NCBI RefSeq assembly: GCF_030028105.1
Contig: NC_092400.1
Span: 19,468,001-19,532,000, forward strand
Direction of reading: 5' to 3'
Length of the DNA: 64,000 nt
DNA from: Mobula birostris
Taxonomy: Eukaryota
In this document: in pieces, positions 37,360-50,205 of the stretch
Position numbering within the stretch: the first letter of the stretch is position 1
How the letters are laid out: each line of letters opens with the position of its first letter
Translations under genes and position numbers: made by a program
Notes under the pieces: model-generated
What the model was told of the DNA's origin: nothing
Databases searched by the model: none
The model's input: the letters and a program-made list of their open reading frames with translations, nothing else

Positions 37360-39886
37360 CCATGGAAGAAAGAAAAAGGGAGCAGCACCAGAGCAAGGTG
37401 ATGTACAGGCCTGAAGATAAGGTGATGGGGTAAATGGGAATGAGGAGTCATGAAGGTGGGGGGGGGGGGGTGGAATTACTGGAAGTTTAAGAAATTGATG
37501 TTCATACCATCAGGTAGGGGGCTACCCAGATGGAAAGCAGGACACTTGAGAATTATAAGGTAGCCAGGAAGGAGCTAAAGAAGGGACTGAGGAGAGCTAG
37601 AAGGAACACGAGAAGGCCTTGGTAGCATTAAGGACAATCTCAAGGCATTCTACACATACGTGAAGAACAAGATGATTAGAGTGCTCAGTGATAAAGGTGG
37701 ATAACATGTACTGGACGTGGAGGTGGCAGGGGGCTCCTTAATGAATACTTTGCTTCGGTGATCACCAAGGAGAGGGACTTCGATAATGTGAGCTCAGCGC
37801 ACTGGGGCACATCGAGGTTAAAAAAGAGGTAGCATTGGAGCTTCTGAAAACACTAGGATAGATAAGACACTGGAGCCAGACGAGATAAACCCCTGGTTAC
37901 GATGGGAAGCGAGGAAAGAGAGATTGCCAACAAGATTTACATCCTCATGGGCACAGGAGTGGCAGTGAAGGATTGCAGGCTGGCAAATGTCGTTCAAGGT
38001 AATAGGTCTCATCCAGTAGTGGGCAAACCAAAGGAGAGGATTCTTAGGGACAGGATTTATGAACACTGGGAGAATCATGGTATTAATAGGGATAAACAGC
38101 ATTGTGTGGTGTTTTGTAGAGATCTGTTCTGGGACCGCTGTGTGATTATTTTAATAAATGTCTTGAGTGAGGAAGTGGAGGGGTGGGTTAAGTCTGCAGA
38201 TGACTCAAAGGTTGGTGTGTTGTGAAGGGTGTTGAAGGGTACAATGGGATATAAACATTGGAATGGAAGGAGGAGTGGCAGGTGGAGATCAATTGGAAAA
38301 GTGATACACTTTGGAAGAGCGAATTTGAAGGTGGAATCCGAGATTAATGGCCAGATTCTTGGCTGTGTGGAGGAACGGAAGGGTCTTGGAATCCAGATGC
38401 ATAGGTCCCTCAAAACTGATGGGGTGATTAAGGCAGCATATGATGTGCTGGCCCTCACTGGTCGTGGAATTGAGTTCAAGAGCTGTGAGCTAACGTGGCT
38501 TTAGAAAACTCTGGTTAGACTGTGTTTCGTTCTGTTCACTTCATTACAGGAAGGAAGTGCCCAGATTTACCACGATGTTGCTTGGATTAGAGAGCACGGC
38601 TGATGAAGATAGGATGAGCCAGCTGGGGCTTCTCTCTTTGGAGCAAAGGAGGATGAGAAGTGCCTTGATAGAGGTGTACAAGATGATAAGAGGCAAAGTT
38701 AGAGTGGGCAGCTAGCATCTTTCTCTCCTAGGGTGGCAGTAGCCAATACATTCCTTTAATTCGAAGAAAGTTTGGGGGAAGATATCAAAGGGATCTGAAA
38801 ACAGAGAGAGCTATGGGTGTCTGGAATGCACTGCTCATGGCGGTGGTACAACGGGGTCATTTAAAAGACTCTGAGGCACATGCATCTAAGAAAAATGGAC
38901 GGTTATGGACTGTGTCAGATGAGCGCCTAGATTGATCATGGAGTAGGTTTGTATAGATTACCATAACATCGTAGCCTAAAGGGATCTGCTGTACTGTTCC
39001 ACTGTATGTTTTAATAATTATATAAAGATATATTATATAAAGTAGCATGAAATAAAAAAAAGAAAAACAAACAAAGGGACAAATTGGATTTGCTATTAAG
39101 AGACAAAGATTAAATGGCCATCTTCGCTTTGTCACTACAGACAAGACTAAACTGGTTACTAGAAGCCTGGGCCACTTCCCCCACCAGTGCATAACTGCCC
39201 CTAAAACTGAACAATTCCAGATCATTAGACCTATTGCTAACATTTCGCAAGATCATTTCCTAACGAAGATCTCCACAAACACAAGTTGGCCTACCCGTTC
39301 TAGCCCCGTTCTGTGACTCATTTGGAACTTCTGCCAATCCATTCTTCACCTGCACAAATTTTGCTCTGTGTCTTTTCCATACAGGGTTGCAATCTAAAAC
39401 TGATTAGCCAATTGTTATAACTGTCTATGCAAAACCTGGGTCTGCATTTCGTACATTTAAGCAAGCAGGAGCTACTCTTCAAATTTATGGAAGACACAAT
39501 AGCACTATTTAAAAGCAGCCCTCATAACTTCCTGTTAAATGTTTCACTCTGCGTGCAGTTTCACATACTGTAAAGCAAACCATTTCCTGACTTGTGAAAG
39601 CAAAACTTGGACAAAGACACCACCATGGAAATCAACTGTTATCTAAAGATAAGCCAGTGGAGATCACAGCCAAGGGACAGGCTTCATATCAGTATTAATC
39701 GACTAAACTCGATGGTTTAGGAGTACATGTTTATCTAAACCCCTGTTCAAATCCAGTGATTGAAAAAATATGCGTGCAGTTTTAACAATTATAAGCAATT
39801 CTGTTTAGTTTGAAGCTTACAGCACCAACTCTTTTTGCAATGAATTAAAAGTATCTCTCCAATGAACTATAACATCAAATGATATG

Positions 39887-40018
39887 GCAACACACATCAA
39901 AGTTGCTGGTGAACGCAGCAGGCCAGGCAGCATCTCTAGGAAGAGGTACAGTCGACGTTTCGGGCCGAGACCCTTCGTCAGGACTAACTGAAGGAAGAGC
40001 TAGTAAGAGATTTGAAAA
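39887..40018 (-). mobile_element. Young Penelope-like terminal fragment
   Basis: Near-identical to 7100-7203. Confidence 0.8.
39949..39986 (-). ncRNA. Minimal type I hammerhead ribozyme motif (best copy)
   Basis: TAGTC-CTGACGA-A-GGGT-CTCG-GCCC-GAAAC-GTC-GACTG; stems I and II fully paired (with G-U pairs). Confidence 0.8.
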
Positions 40019-41014
40019 TGTAATGGCCTGCAATATCTTACACACACTGCTCTAAATGTAATCAGGCTGCAAAGCAAAAACACCAGTACTTCAGGGGACT
40101 TCATTTTGCATTCTATTTTCATTCTAATTAGGTTATTTACTCAATTTCCAGCATTAATTGCTCATGCCCAGTTTGCCTCAGAAAGACAGTGGTGTGTGGG
40201 CTTCCCGAATGAACCGCTAAAGCTTTGTAGACATAGTCCCAGTGTTATTGGGTAGGGAGTTCTGAAATTTAGACCTGTTAGGGTGTATCCTGGAGTTTAT
40301 GGAAATACAGCAAATATTAATTTCAACAGCAACCAGTCTTCAGATCTGAATGTGGATTGTAGATGACAGTTTAAAAATGCTGCTCAGAACAATGGTGTTC
40401 TTGAAGCTGCAGATTGGGAATGATAACACTGCATAGACCTGAGATGTCTGCATCTGCACGAATGCAGCAAAGAGACAGGGTAATTAACATTCATTTTGGG
40501 CGTCTGGAGTGTGGATGTAAAGATGGAGGTATTTGAAAATTGTATGTAATTCAAAGGAAGCACTGTAGATGCACAGTAACTATAGAATTGTCCTGTCATT
40601 ACCTTTGATCTTTAGCATATAATAGGTGATGTAATGTTGGGTCAGTAAGCCTCTATCCAGAGTGACTCCAATGGATGTCGGCTTGTATGTGCTGAGTAAA
40701 GACTTTTATACTACCAGCATTGTGTCTCACTGGTAGCTTTCATTGACGGTCACAACAGACCCAGCAATGAAGAAACGTATTTCTACAGATAGGATCATGT
40801 GAGACTCTGCCAGGGAGCTGTATAAAGTCTTCAGGTAGTTGTGTCCTTGAGCACCTGTTGGTGGAGATTGTTGATTTTGCAGGTGCTTGTCAGAGTAACC
40901 TCAGAATTAACTGCCACACATCTATAGCTATATCGCAGTCACAACAGGTTGGAAGGTGTTATGATAATAGAGGGTTTTTAAAAATAAGCACAAATGAAGA
41001 TTATTAGAACATTA

Positions 41015-41792
41015 GGACTTCTGCCATCTTCAATGGAATCCTACCACCAAACACATCTTTACTCCCCCACCCCCCGTTTTCTGCAGGTATCCCCTTGTCC
41101 ATTTGTCCCTCCTCACGAATTGTCCTCTTGGCATTTACCCCTGCAAACCCGAAGAAGTGCTACACCCGCCCCACTCACCTCCCCCTTCACCCATAATCAG
41201 AGCCCCAAGCGGTCCTTCCCGGTGAAGCGACACACCACCTGCAAGTCTGAAAGGATCATCGACTGTGTTCGGTGCTCCTCAACATGGGCGAGACACGACG
41301 TAGACTGGTGGCACCTTTGCTCCATCCATGACAGGCAGAATGTCCCAGTGGCCAACCATTTTCATTCCAATCCCCATTCCTGTTCCAGCATGTCAGCCCA
41401 TGGCCTCCTCTACTGCCACAAGATGGCTACTCTTAGGTTGGAGGAGCAACACCTCATATTCCGTCTTGGTAGCCTCCAACCTGATGGCACGAATGACTTG
41501 TAGTAATTTCTCCCCCCCCATCTCTCTCTGGTGTCCTTCCTCCTTTTCTCCCACAAATCATTCTCCTCCTTCTCTTCAGCTCTTTACCTTTTCCACTATC
41601 ACCTCCGAGCCTCTCACTTCACTCTCCTTACCCCCTCACCTGGCCTCACCTATCACCTTTTAGCTTGTACTCCTTCCTCTTACCCCCACCCCCCCAGTCT
41701 TGACCCAAAACGTCAGCACTTAATTCCTTTCCTGACCTGTCGAGTTCCTCCAGCATTTTGTATGTTACGCTGGATTTCCAGCATCTGCAGAA
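41015..41792 (+). mobile_element. Degenerate Penelope-like element (GIY-YIG region)
   Basis: ORF 40994..41503 ends in VANHF...HGLLYCH..ATLRLEEQHLIFRLGSLQPDG. Confidence 0.85.
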
Positions 41793-43236
41793 TCTTTATA
41801 CTTTATTGTCGCCAAACAATTGATACTAGAACATACAATCATCACAGCGATATCTGATTCTGCGCCTCCCACTCCCTGGATTACAAATATTAATTATTAA
41901 AAATAGTAAAAATTAGTAAATATTAAAAATCTAAATTATAAATCTTAAATAGAAAATAGAAAAATGGAAAGTAAGGTAGTGCAAAAAAACCTGAAAGGTA
42001 GGTCCGGATATTTGGCGGGTACTGCCCAGATCCGGGTCAGGATCTGTTCAGCAGTCTTATCACAGTTGGAAAGAAGCTGTTCCCAAATCTGGCCGTACGA
42101 GTCTTCAAGCTCCTGAGCCTTCTCCTGGAGGGAAGAGGGACGAAAAGTGTGTTGGCTGGGTGGGTTGTGTCCTTGATTATCCTGGCAGCACTGCTCCAAC
42201 AGCGTACGGTGTAAAGTGAGTCCACGGACAGAAGATTGGTTTGTGTGATGTGCTGCGCCATGTTCACGATCTTCTGCAGCATCTTCTTTTCTTGGACAGG
42301 ACAACTTCCATACCAGGTTGTGATGCACCCTAGAAGAATGCTTTCTACACTGCATCTATAAAAATTACTGAGGGTTTTAGGGGACAGGCCAAACTTCTTT
42401 AGTTTTCTCAGCAAGTAAAGGCACTGGTGGGCCTTCTTGGCAGTGAACTCTGCTTGGTTGGACAAGTCAGGTGATTTGTGATATTGACCCGAGGAACTTA
42501 AAGCTTTTGACCTGTTCCACTTGCGCACCACCGATGTAAATTGGGCCGTACGGTCCGCTACTCCTTCTGAAGTCAACAACCAATTCCTTCATCTTGCTGA
42601 CGTTGAGGGATAGGTTATTGTCTTCGCACCGTGCCACCAGGTTCTTAATTTCCTCTCTGTACTCAAACTCATCATTACCTGAGATACGGCCTACAATTGT
42701 TGTGTCATCAGCAAACTTATATATTGAGTTTGATGGAAACTTGGCTACACAATCATGGGTGTACAGTGAGTACAGCAGGGGGCTGAGTACACAGCCTTGT
42801 GGGGCACCGGTGCTCAGAGTGATTGTAGAGGAGAGCTTGTCCCCTATTTTTAAAGCCTGGATCCTGTCTGTGAGGAAGTTGAAGATCCAGCTGCAGATCT
42901 GAGTGCTAAGGCCCAGGTTCCGGAGCTTAGGAATCAGTTTATTTGGAATGATGGTATTAAAGGCAGAGCTGTAGTCAATGAAAAGGAGCCTTACGTATGC
43001 GTCTTTATTCTCCAGGTGTTCTAAGGAGGAACGTAGGGCCAGAGAGATGGCATCTGCCGTTGACTGTTGCTCCGGTAGGCGAATTGCAAAGCGTTGAAGT
43101 TGACTGGTAGGCTGTGGTTGATGTGTGCCACAACCAATCTCTCGAAGCACTTCATAGCAATTGATGTCAGAGCCACAGGTCGATAGTCATTCAGGCATGC
43201 CACCTTGCTCTTCTTCGGCACTGGGATTATTGTTTT
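41793..43236 (-). mobile_element. Rex1/Babar LINE, RT and 3' end
   Basis: [46 protein letters not shown]; frameshifted. Confidence 0.92.
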
Positions 43237-43731
43237 TATTATAGGAACACCTCCCGTGAAAAATATATGACTAAGCAAGATGCCAGTTTAGACAAAGACA
43301 GTGAGGGAGCTGCCAAAGGCGGAGAAGCCAAGACAGAATAATTAATCTCAGAGAGGGAAAGGAGGCCAAGCAAGAATAAAGAAATTGAAGTTGTGTGCAG
43401 GAATAAATGGCTGAACAGAAGTGTAGAAGCAGATATCGTGGAGAAGGTGCAGGGCAAGGAATTAAAATTTTGAAGTCTGCTAGTATACAGGGAATGTAGC
43501 AAGGTACAAGTTTCAAAGTTCCACTGACCTTACACAAGAGAATAAAATACATAGGTAACCCTTGGTTGTGGGTGTTAGAGTTTGCATTCCCAAAAAAATT
43601 ATCCACATTGTGATTTTTGCTAAGCCGCATCTTCTGTGTGTGTCACGAAATGCAAGTGAATGTAAGAGTTTATTTACTCCCTTCCCCCACACCAGTGAAA
43701 AAGAAATAAGTGCTTTCCCAACGTATAATAT

Positions 43732-44118
43732 GGACAAACTCTTCTCGGGCTTCCAGCCTGGTACAGGTATTGATTCTGACAGGCATTTCGATGATAAACT
43801 CTGCCATCTTCATCAGCGATGATGCCTGGGTATGTATAGTCTGGTGGTATTTACACCCCTCTAGTCCAGCCCTTCTGATTGGTTAGTCCTTATCCAATCA
43901 GGTTTCCGCTCTCCCACCTTGTGTACAATTGAAAAAGAATCTAGTGCTTTCCAGGTGTTAATGACGAATAATCGATAAGGTCTGACTGGATGAGGACTAA
44001 CTAATCAGGAGGGACGGACTATGGGGGGAACAAATACCACCGGACTAGAGATGCCTGGGCATCATGTCAGTCATAATCGATACCTGTACCCGACTGAAAA
44101 CCTGAGAAGAGTTTATTC
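43732..44118. mobile_element. Fold-back element with a hammerhead-like motif in its left arm
   Basis: 43732-43900 is the inverse of about 43982-44118; minus-strand CTGATGA-A-GATGG..TCATC-GAAAT at 43816-43785. Confidence 0.65.
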
Positions 44119-44284
44119 AACAAGAATGAATTTAATTTTGTATCTCAAATTTGAGTTATAATTTATGAATTTGTAAGGGCAAATTTTCATTACTCCAAAG
44201 TCCTAAAGCAGGTGTTTCCTGCATACCATCCATGGAGGTAAATTTATTAAAACTTCAGACTTCCCCAAGCCTGGATCAAAATAA

Positions 44285-46650
44285 TCAAAGTTCAAACTTC
44301 AAAATACATTTATTATTAAAGTACATATGTCACCACATACAACAGCGAGATTCATTTTCTTGTGGGCATACACAGCAACTCCAGGAAACATAACAGAATC
44401 AATGAAAGACCAAACTCAACAAGACAGCAACAAAAGACAACAAACAGTGTAAAAGAGAGAAAAAAAGTAAATAAGCAATAAGTATCGAGAACACGAGATG
44501 AACAATCCCTGAAAGTTAGTCCATAAGTTGTGGGAACAGCTTAGTGATGGGCCAAGTGAAGTTATCTCCTCTGGTTCAAGAGCCTGATGGTTGAAGTGCA
44601 ATAACTGTTACTGAACCTGGTGGTGTGCAAGGCCTGAGGTTCCTGTAACTTCCTCCTGATGGCAGCAAAAGAGATCATATCCTGGGCACTGGGGGTCCTT
44701 GATGATGGATGCTGTTTCTCTGCAACAGCGCTCTGAGTAGATGTGTTTTTCCATTCAAGGGCATGGGTGTTTTCATACCAGGCTGTTTTGCAACCGGTTG
44801 ATATACTCTCCAACACGCATCTATAGAAGTTTGTCAAAGTTTTAGATGTCACGCTGAAACTTGGCAAAGTTCTCAGAAAGTAGAGGTGCTACTGTGCTTT
44901 CTTCGTAATTACACTCAAGTGCTGGGCCCAGGATAAATTTTCTGAAATGATAACACCAAAGAATGCTAACTCTCTCCACCTCTGATCCCCCGACGATTAC
45001 TGACTCATGGACCTCAGGTTTCTTCCTCCGGAAGTCAACAATTAGCTCCGTGGTTTTGCTGACATTGAGTGAGAAGTTGTTGTTGTTGAACCCCCACTCA
45101 GCCAGATTTTCAATCTCCCTCCTTTATGCTGATTCGTCACCACCTTTGATTCCGCCAATGACAGTGGTGTTGTCAGCAAATTTGTATTTGCGGGAGGAGA
45201 AGATGGCAGCGCGAGGCAGCTCTCCGGTGAAATGATATCTTATTTGTAAGTAGGATGCCGTGCACAGTTCTGATTTGATGGAGACAGACGTGAGAAAGCA
45301 CAGAGGAACATCTGGAGAAATTTCTGAAACGCCCAGTTCGCTGCTGCTGCTACTGTGTGATCGAGAATCTTCGGAGGGAAGGCCCCAAAATCCTTGGCTT
45401 TGCCTGCTGCTGGTGACCGAGGCTGGGGTTGAAGTGTTCAGCAGAGATGGTGCTCGGTACTCAGTGTCAGAGGGCTGATCGGAGCTCGAAGTTTTCCGAC
45501 GACTCAGAGTCGGACTGTGGTCGGGCATGGCAGGGAGAGTTTTCTTCCTTCTCCCGTCTGCATGAGATGTGGGACTTTCAAGAGACTTTGAACTTTTTTA
45601 CTGTACCCATGGCCTGTTCTAGGTCAAGTTATGGTATTGTTGCACTGTTGTAACTATATGTACTAATTATGTGGTTATTGTTAGTTTTTCAGTCTTGGTC
45701 TGTCCTGTGTTTCTGTGATATCACACCGGAGGAATATTGTATCATTTCTTAATGCATGCATTACTAAATGACAATAAAAGAGCACTGCGTGTCCTCATAA
45801 TCTAATCTAATATGGTATTGGAGCTGTGCTTAGCCTCACAGTGAGAAGAGTATGGGGTCTAAGCACACAGCCTTGTGGAGCACCTGTGCTGATGGAAATT
45901 GTGGAGGAGATATTGCCAATCCAAACTGACTGGGGTCTGCAAGTGAGGAAATTAGGGATCAATTGCAGAAGGAGGTTTTGAGGTCAAGCTCTTGATTAGA
46001 TTTGAGAGGATGATAAAGTATATCTTGAAATTAAAAAAAGATAGTACTGAATGCCGAGCCACAGTTGATAAAGAGTATCCTGATGTATGCATCTTTGCTG
46101 TCCAACTGTCCCAGGATTGAGTGAAGGGACAATGAAATGGCATTTGCCATGCAGCTGTTGTGCCGGTAGGCAAATTGAAGCAGATCCAAGTCACTTCTCA
46201 GGCTGGAGTTGATATGCTTCATCACCAACCTCTCAGAGTACTTTGTTACAGTGGACAATAGTCATTGAGGAAGGTTACCACAATCTTCTTAGGCAACAGT
46301 ATAATTGAAGCCTGCTTGAAGCAGGTGGGTACCCCAGACTGTGAGAAGTTAAAAGATATCGGTAAACACTCCAGCCAGTTGATCAGCACAGGTCTTTAGT
46401 ACTCAGCCAGGTATCCCAACTGGGCTGGATAGTTTCCATGGTTCACCCTCCTGAAAGATGGCCCTCACCTCAGCACCAGAGGCTGAAATCACAGGGTCAT
46501 CATTGGCTGTGAGACTTTGCCAAGGCTCCTGCAGGTTTTGCTGGTCAAAGTGAGCATAGAAGGCACTGAACTCACCTGGAAGCGAAACCTTGTTGTCACC
46601 CATGTCACCTGGTCTCACTTTGTAAGAGGTGAAGCCTTGCCACAGCTGTC
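44285..46650 (-). mobile_element. Older Rex1/Babar LINE with a nested element
   Basis: YKFADNTTVIGGIKGGDESA, LQFAYRHN...AYIRILFI, TNFYRCVLES. Confidence 0.8.
45190..45810 (+). mobile_element. Non-coding non-autonomous retroelement inserted in the Rex RT
   Basis: Starts GCGGGAGGAGAAGATGGC, ends AATAAA...(TAATC)n; the host RT sequence is continuous across it. Confidence 0.65.
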
Positions 46651-47832
46651 AAGCATCAGTGCCTGAAAATTAATAAGTAAGTTTCTACCACCGAAGATAA
46701 ACTTGCAGAAAAATCACACATTGCACATCTTGAATGCATCAGTTTCAAACAGTTAAAGTGTCCCTTTGAATTCAGAAGCTCAAAATGCCAAATAAAGTGC
46801 CTAAAATTGGACACTATTTTGATGTATGAAAACATTTCAATAAAGATGAATGGTAACTGTAAACAGGATCAATGACAGAACAACAGCATTGAAGACAACA
46901 AGCTGTGCAAATGCAAATATAAATAAATAGCAATAAATAATGAGAGCATGAAAAAACAAGATAAAGACTCCTTAAAGTGAGATCACTAGTTGTGGGAATA
47001 TCTCAATAGATGACTGTAGTTATCCTCTTTTGTTCAAGAGCCTGATGGTTGACGGGTAGTAACTGTTCTTGAACCTGGTGGTGCAAGTCCCGAGGCCTTT
47101 GTACCTTCTACCTGATGGGAGCAGTGAAAAAAAAAAAGAGCATGGCCTGGGTGGTGAGGATTTTTGATGATGGATGCTGCTTACGACAGGTACAGCAGGA
47201 CATACAGTGAAATGTGTCATTGCATCAAATCAAATTCGTAAGGATTGGGCAGACCGCACGTCAGCCCGCTTCCAGCGTTAATATGACACGCCGACAGCTC
47301 ACTAACCCTAACCGTATGTCTTTTGGAATGTGGGGGGAAACCGGAATACCCGGAGGAAACCCATACGGTCACAGGGAGAATGTCCAAACTTATTACAGAC
47401 AGCAGCGGGATTTGAACCCTAGTCTTACAGCAGGTGCTCTAAAGTTGTCCGCAAACTGCTACACTGCTGTGTCATAACAGATTACTGGGAATGCGGCAAC
47501 ATTACTGCAATGAGAAAAAAAATCAAAATTACTAATTTTCCCACAAAGTATCTTAACGCATAGATATAAACAGCTTCCCAACGCAGAAGGGAAACCACTG
47601 TACTTGTATCAAAGTGCTCATTGGAACAATGCCTGCGGCTTGCTATGTTGGTCAACGTGTTCTAGGCCAGCTTGAACAGTTTGTTTTTGGGGGGAAAATA
47701 CTAACTTAATGGCCTTCCCACAACCACGGACCGCAAACGAAATGGTTACAGCCATTAGCCTATGTGAAATAGATGTTGTTGTAATGTTGGAAAATTGATT
47801 GGTTAACCACAGTTCAGCTCTAGATGCAAATA

Positions 47833-49448
47833 CAGTGGATTCCAGTTAATTGGGACACATCAGGACCAGTACACTTTTGCCCAATTAACCAAAGTTTTAG
47901 GAAATCATTAAAAGGTATATAAAAAGACAAACTATCATTTAACTGAGGAACAATTTATGTATTTACTGTAAATAAAATACAGAACAAATTAGAACACTAC
48001 TATCTCCCAACTTGGTGTCCACAGACCCCTCAGTCAATAGGGGTCCATGGCATAAAAAAGGTTGGGAACCCCTGGTTTATGGTACTATAAAACCCTGTAT
48101 TAGTTCCTAATAGTTATCCATGGAGGAATTCACCTGTCATGATTGCAAGCGAGCAAAATCATCACAGATACCTAGTGTGGATAATAGAGTGCCTTCATAC
48201 AACGTTTTAGACGATCACATCCTCCAAATCTTCATTTTCATTTTAACATTTGAGATGATTGTCAATACCTTCAAATTCTTCATAATTACTAACTTGAAGT
48301 ACTGGAATTGTTTTCACTCTCAGCCATTTCTGGCATCTCCTAACCTGAATGCTTGAAACTACAGCGAGCAAAAGAGTTCCAAATTGCCTTTGGAAATGAA
48401 TAAGCAGTTGGTGTTTCAGACAGAACTTCTTCAGCACTGCTAATGAAGGTTGGTGGGGTGGGGGGGGGGGGAGATGTCAGAATAAAAAGGTGGGGGGGGA
48501 GGGAAGGAGGATTGCTAGAAGGTGATAGGTGAAGTCAGATGGGTATGAAAAGGGCTCGAGAAGAAGGAATCTGAGGAGAGGAGAATGGATCTTGGGAGAA
48601 GGGGAAGAAGGAGGGTGAGGAAAAGAGGTAAGAAGTCAGAGAGGGGAATAGGAGTAGGAGGAAAGGGGAGGGAAAACATTTTTACCGTAAGGAAAAATCA
48701 ATGTTCATGTCATTAGGTTGATGGCATGAATATTGATTTCTCTTCCTGGTTTAAAAAAAAGTTTATCCTTTCCTCTTCCCTTTTCTTCTATTCCCCACTC
48801 TGACCTCTTTTCATTGCTCATCACCTCCCACTGGTACCCCTCTCCTTCATCCCTTTCTCCTATGGTCCACTCTCCTCTCCTATCAGATGCCTTCCTCTCC
48901 AGCCCTTTATCTTTCCCACCCACCTAGCTTCACCTATCATGTTCCAGCTCTCCTCTTTCCCCTCCCTCCCCCAACTATTTATTCTGGCATGTCCCCACCT
49001 TCCTTTCCAGTCCTGAAGAAGCGTCTTGGCCCGAAACACCGACTGTTTATTCATTTCCATAGATCCTGCCTGACCTGCTGAGTTCCTCCAGCATTTTGTG
49101 AGCGTTGCTCTGGGTTTCCAGCATCTGCAGAATCTCATGTTGCCAAACTGCCTTACTTCTTATTTCTTGCCAACTATCAGTGACAAAAATCAGTGCTTTT
49201 TGAACATGGACGCAACTGACACTATTTTAAAAACTGATCGTCCTATGCACAGTGTAGCATCTAAAGACAACACAGTGTAGTATCTAAAGACCGCACAATT
49301 GCATGCAATAGATGCTAGTTAGAAACTGTTTGGCAACAGTCTCCTGTCCCAATTAAGTGGCATAGTGTCCCAAATAATTTAGTCCTGTTCTCTAAGAGTT
49401 GTCCCAAACTGATTAACTACCGATGGCCCAATTAACCAGAATCCACTA
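47833..49448. mobile_element. Tigger/pogo-like DNA transposon remnant with nested MITE and PLE
   Basis: TA-CAGTGGATTCCAGTTAATTGGG ... CCCAATTAACCAGAATCCACTA-TA. Confidence 0.8.
48391..49142. mobile_element. Inverted pair of Penelope-like 3' ends, 12-bp TSD
   Basis: ccaaattgcctt (48379-48390) / ccaaactgcctt (49143-49154); inversion junction near 48715; decayed hammerheads at 48405-48439 (-) and 49008-49045 (+). Confidence 0.75.
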
Positions 49449-49521
49449 TATTCCTATTACTCTGTACTAATGGAACCAAAGGGTAATCTGTTTCTATGCA
49501 CAACTTTACATCCTATATTTT

Positions 49522-50205
49522 TAGAGAGTGGAAAACATCAAGTTCCTTGGGGTGCCGATCTCGGACAATCTCACCTGGTCCAGGAACACCACTGGGATTG
49601 TGGAACAGGCCCAGCAGAGATTGCACTTTCTGAAGAAGCTTAAACAAGCATCACTCCTCACTAACATTTTAACTACATTCTACAGAGGCGTGGTTGAGAG
49701 TGTGCTGACCTTTTGCATCACAACCTGGTACTCCAGCTGCAGTGCTGTCGACAAAAAAGCCTTGCAGAGGGTGGTTAGGGGAGCAGAGAAGGTTATTGGG
49801 GTCTCCCTACCTTCTGTCCAAGACCTCTTTCAGAGTCGATGCCTCCAGAATACACGGTACATCATTAAAGACCGCTCACACCCTCTCCATGAACTGTTTG
49901 TTCTTATGCCATCAGGCAAGCGTTACAGGAGCATCAAAACTAAAACCACAAGGCTACTAAACAGCTTCCTCCCACAGGCAGTCAGACTGCTAAATAGCTG
50001 CTCTACCTTGGACACTTTTAACTTGCACTGGACACTTATAACTGATTTAACTGACATATGGCTGTTGTGTTTTACTATTTATTGTTATGTTTATCATTTG
50101 GTATGTTATGATTGCACTGCCCCTGAGAAACGCTGTCTCATTCTGCCCTGCAGAGCTGATGTATGGTTAGAATGACAATAAAGTTTTTTGAATCTTTGAA
50201 TCTTT
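49522..50205 (+). mobile_element. Rex1/Babar LINE 3' fragment
   Basis: ORF 49528..50175: KFLGV.ISDNLTW...AQQRLHFL...PSGKRYRSIKTKTTR; TTGAATCT tail. Confidence 0.9.

Larger units (their letters stand above)
36935..37535 (-). mobile_element. Penelope-like 3' fragment
   Basis: Reverse complement of the LGS..PDGMN coding end, purine-rich UTR and terminus. Confidence 0.8.
36500..39010 (+). mobile_element. Degenerate CR1 ORF2 (endonuclease to 3' end), interrupted by a Penelope-like element
   Basis: YDVVAITETW, SADDSKVG, KVIHFGRAN and a CR1 3' UTR; heavily deleted. Confidence 0.8.

Noticed and set aside
49528-50175. 215-aa ORF (and 60949..61458, 42037..42579) as host genes
   Set aside because: They are C-terminal parts of Rex1/Babar LINE ORF2, 5'-truncated and followed by LINE tails
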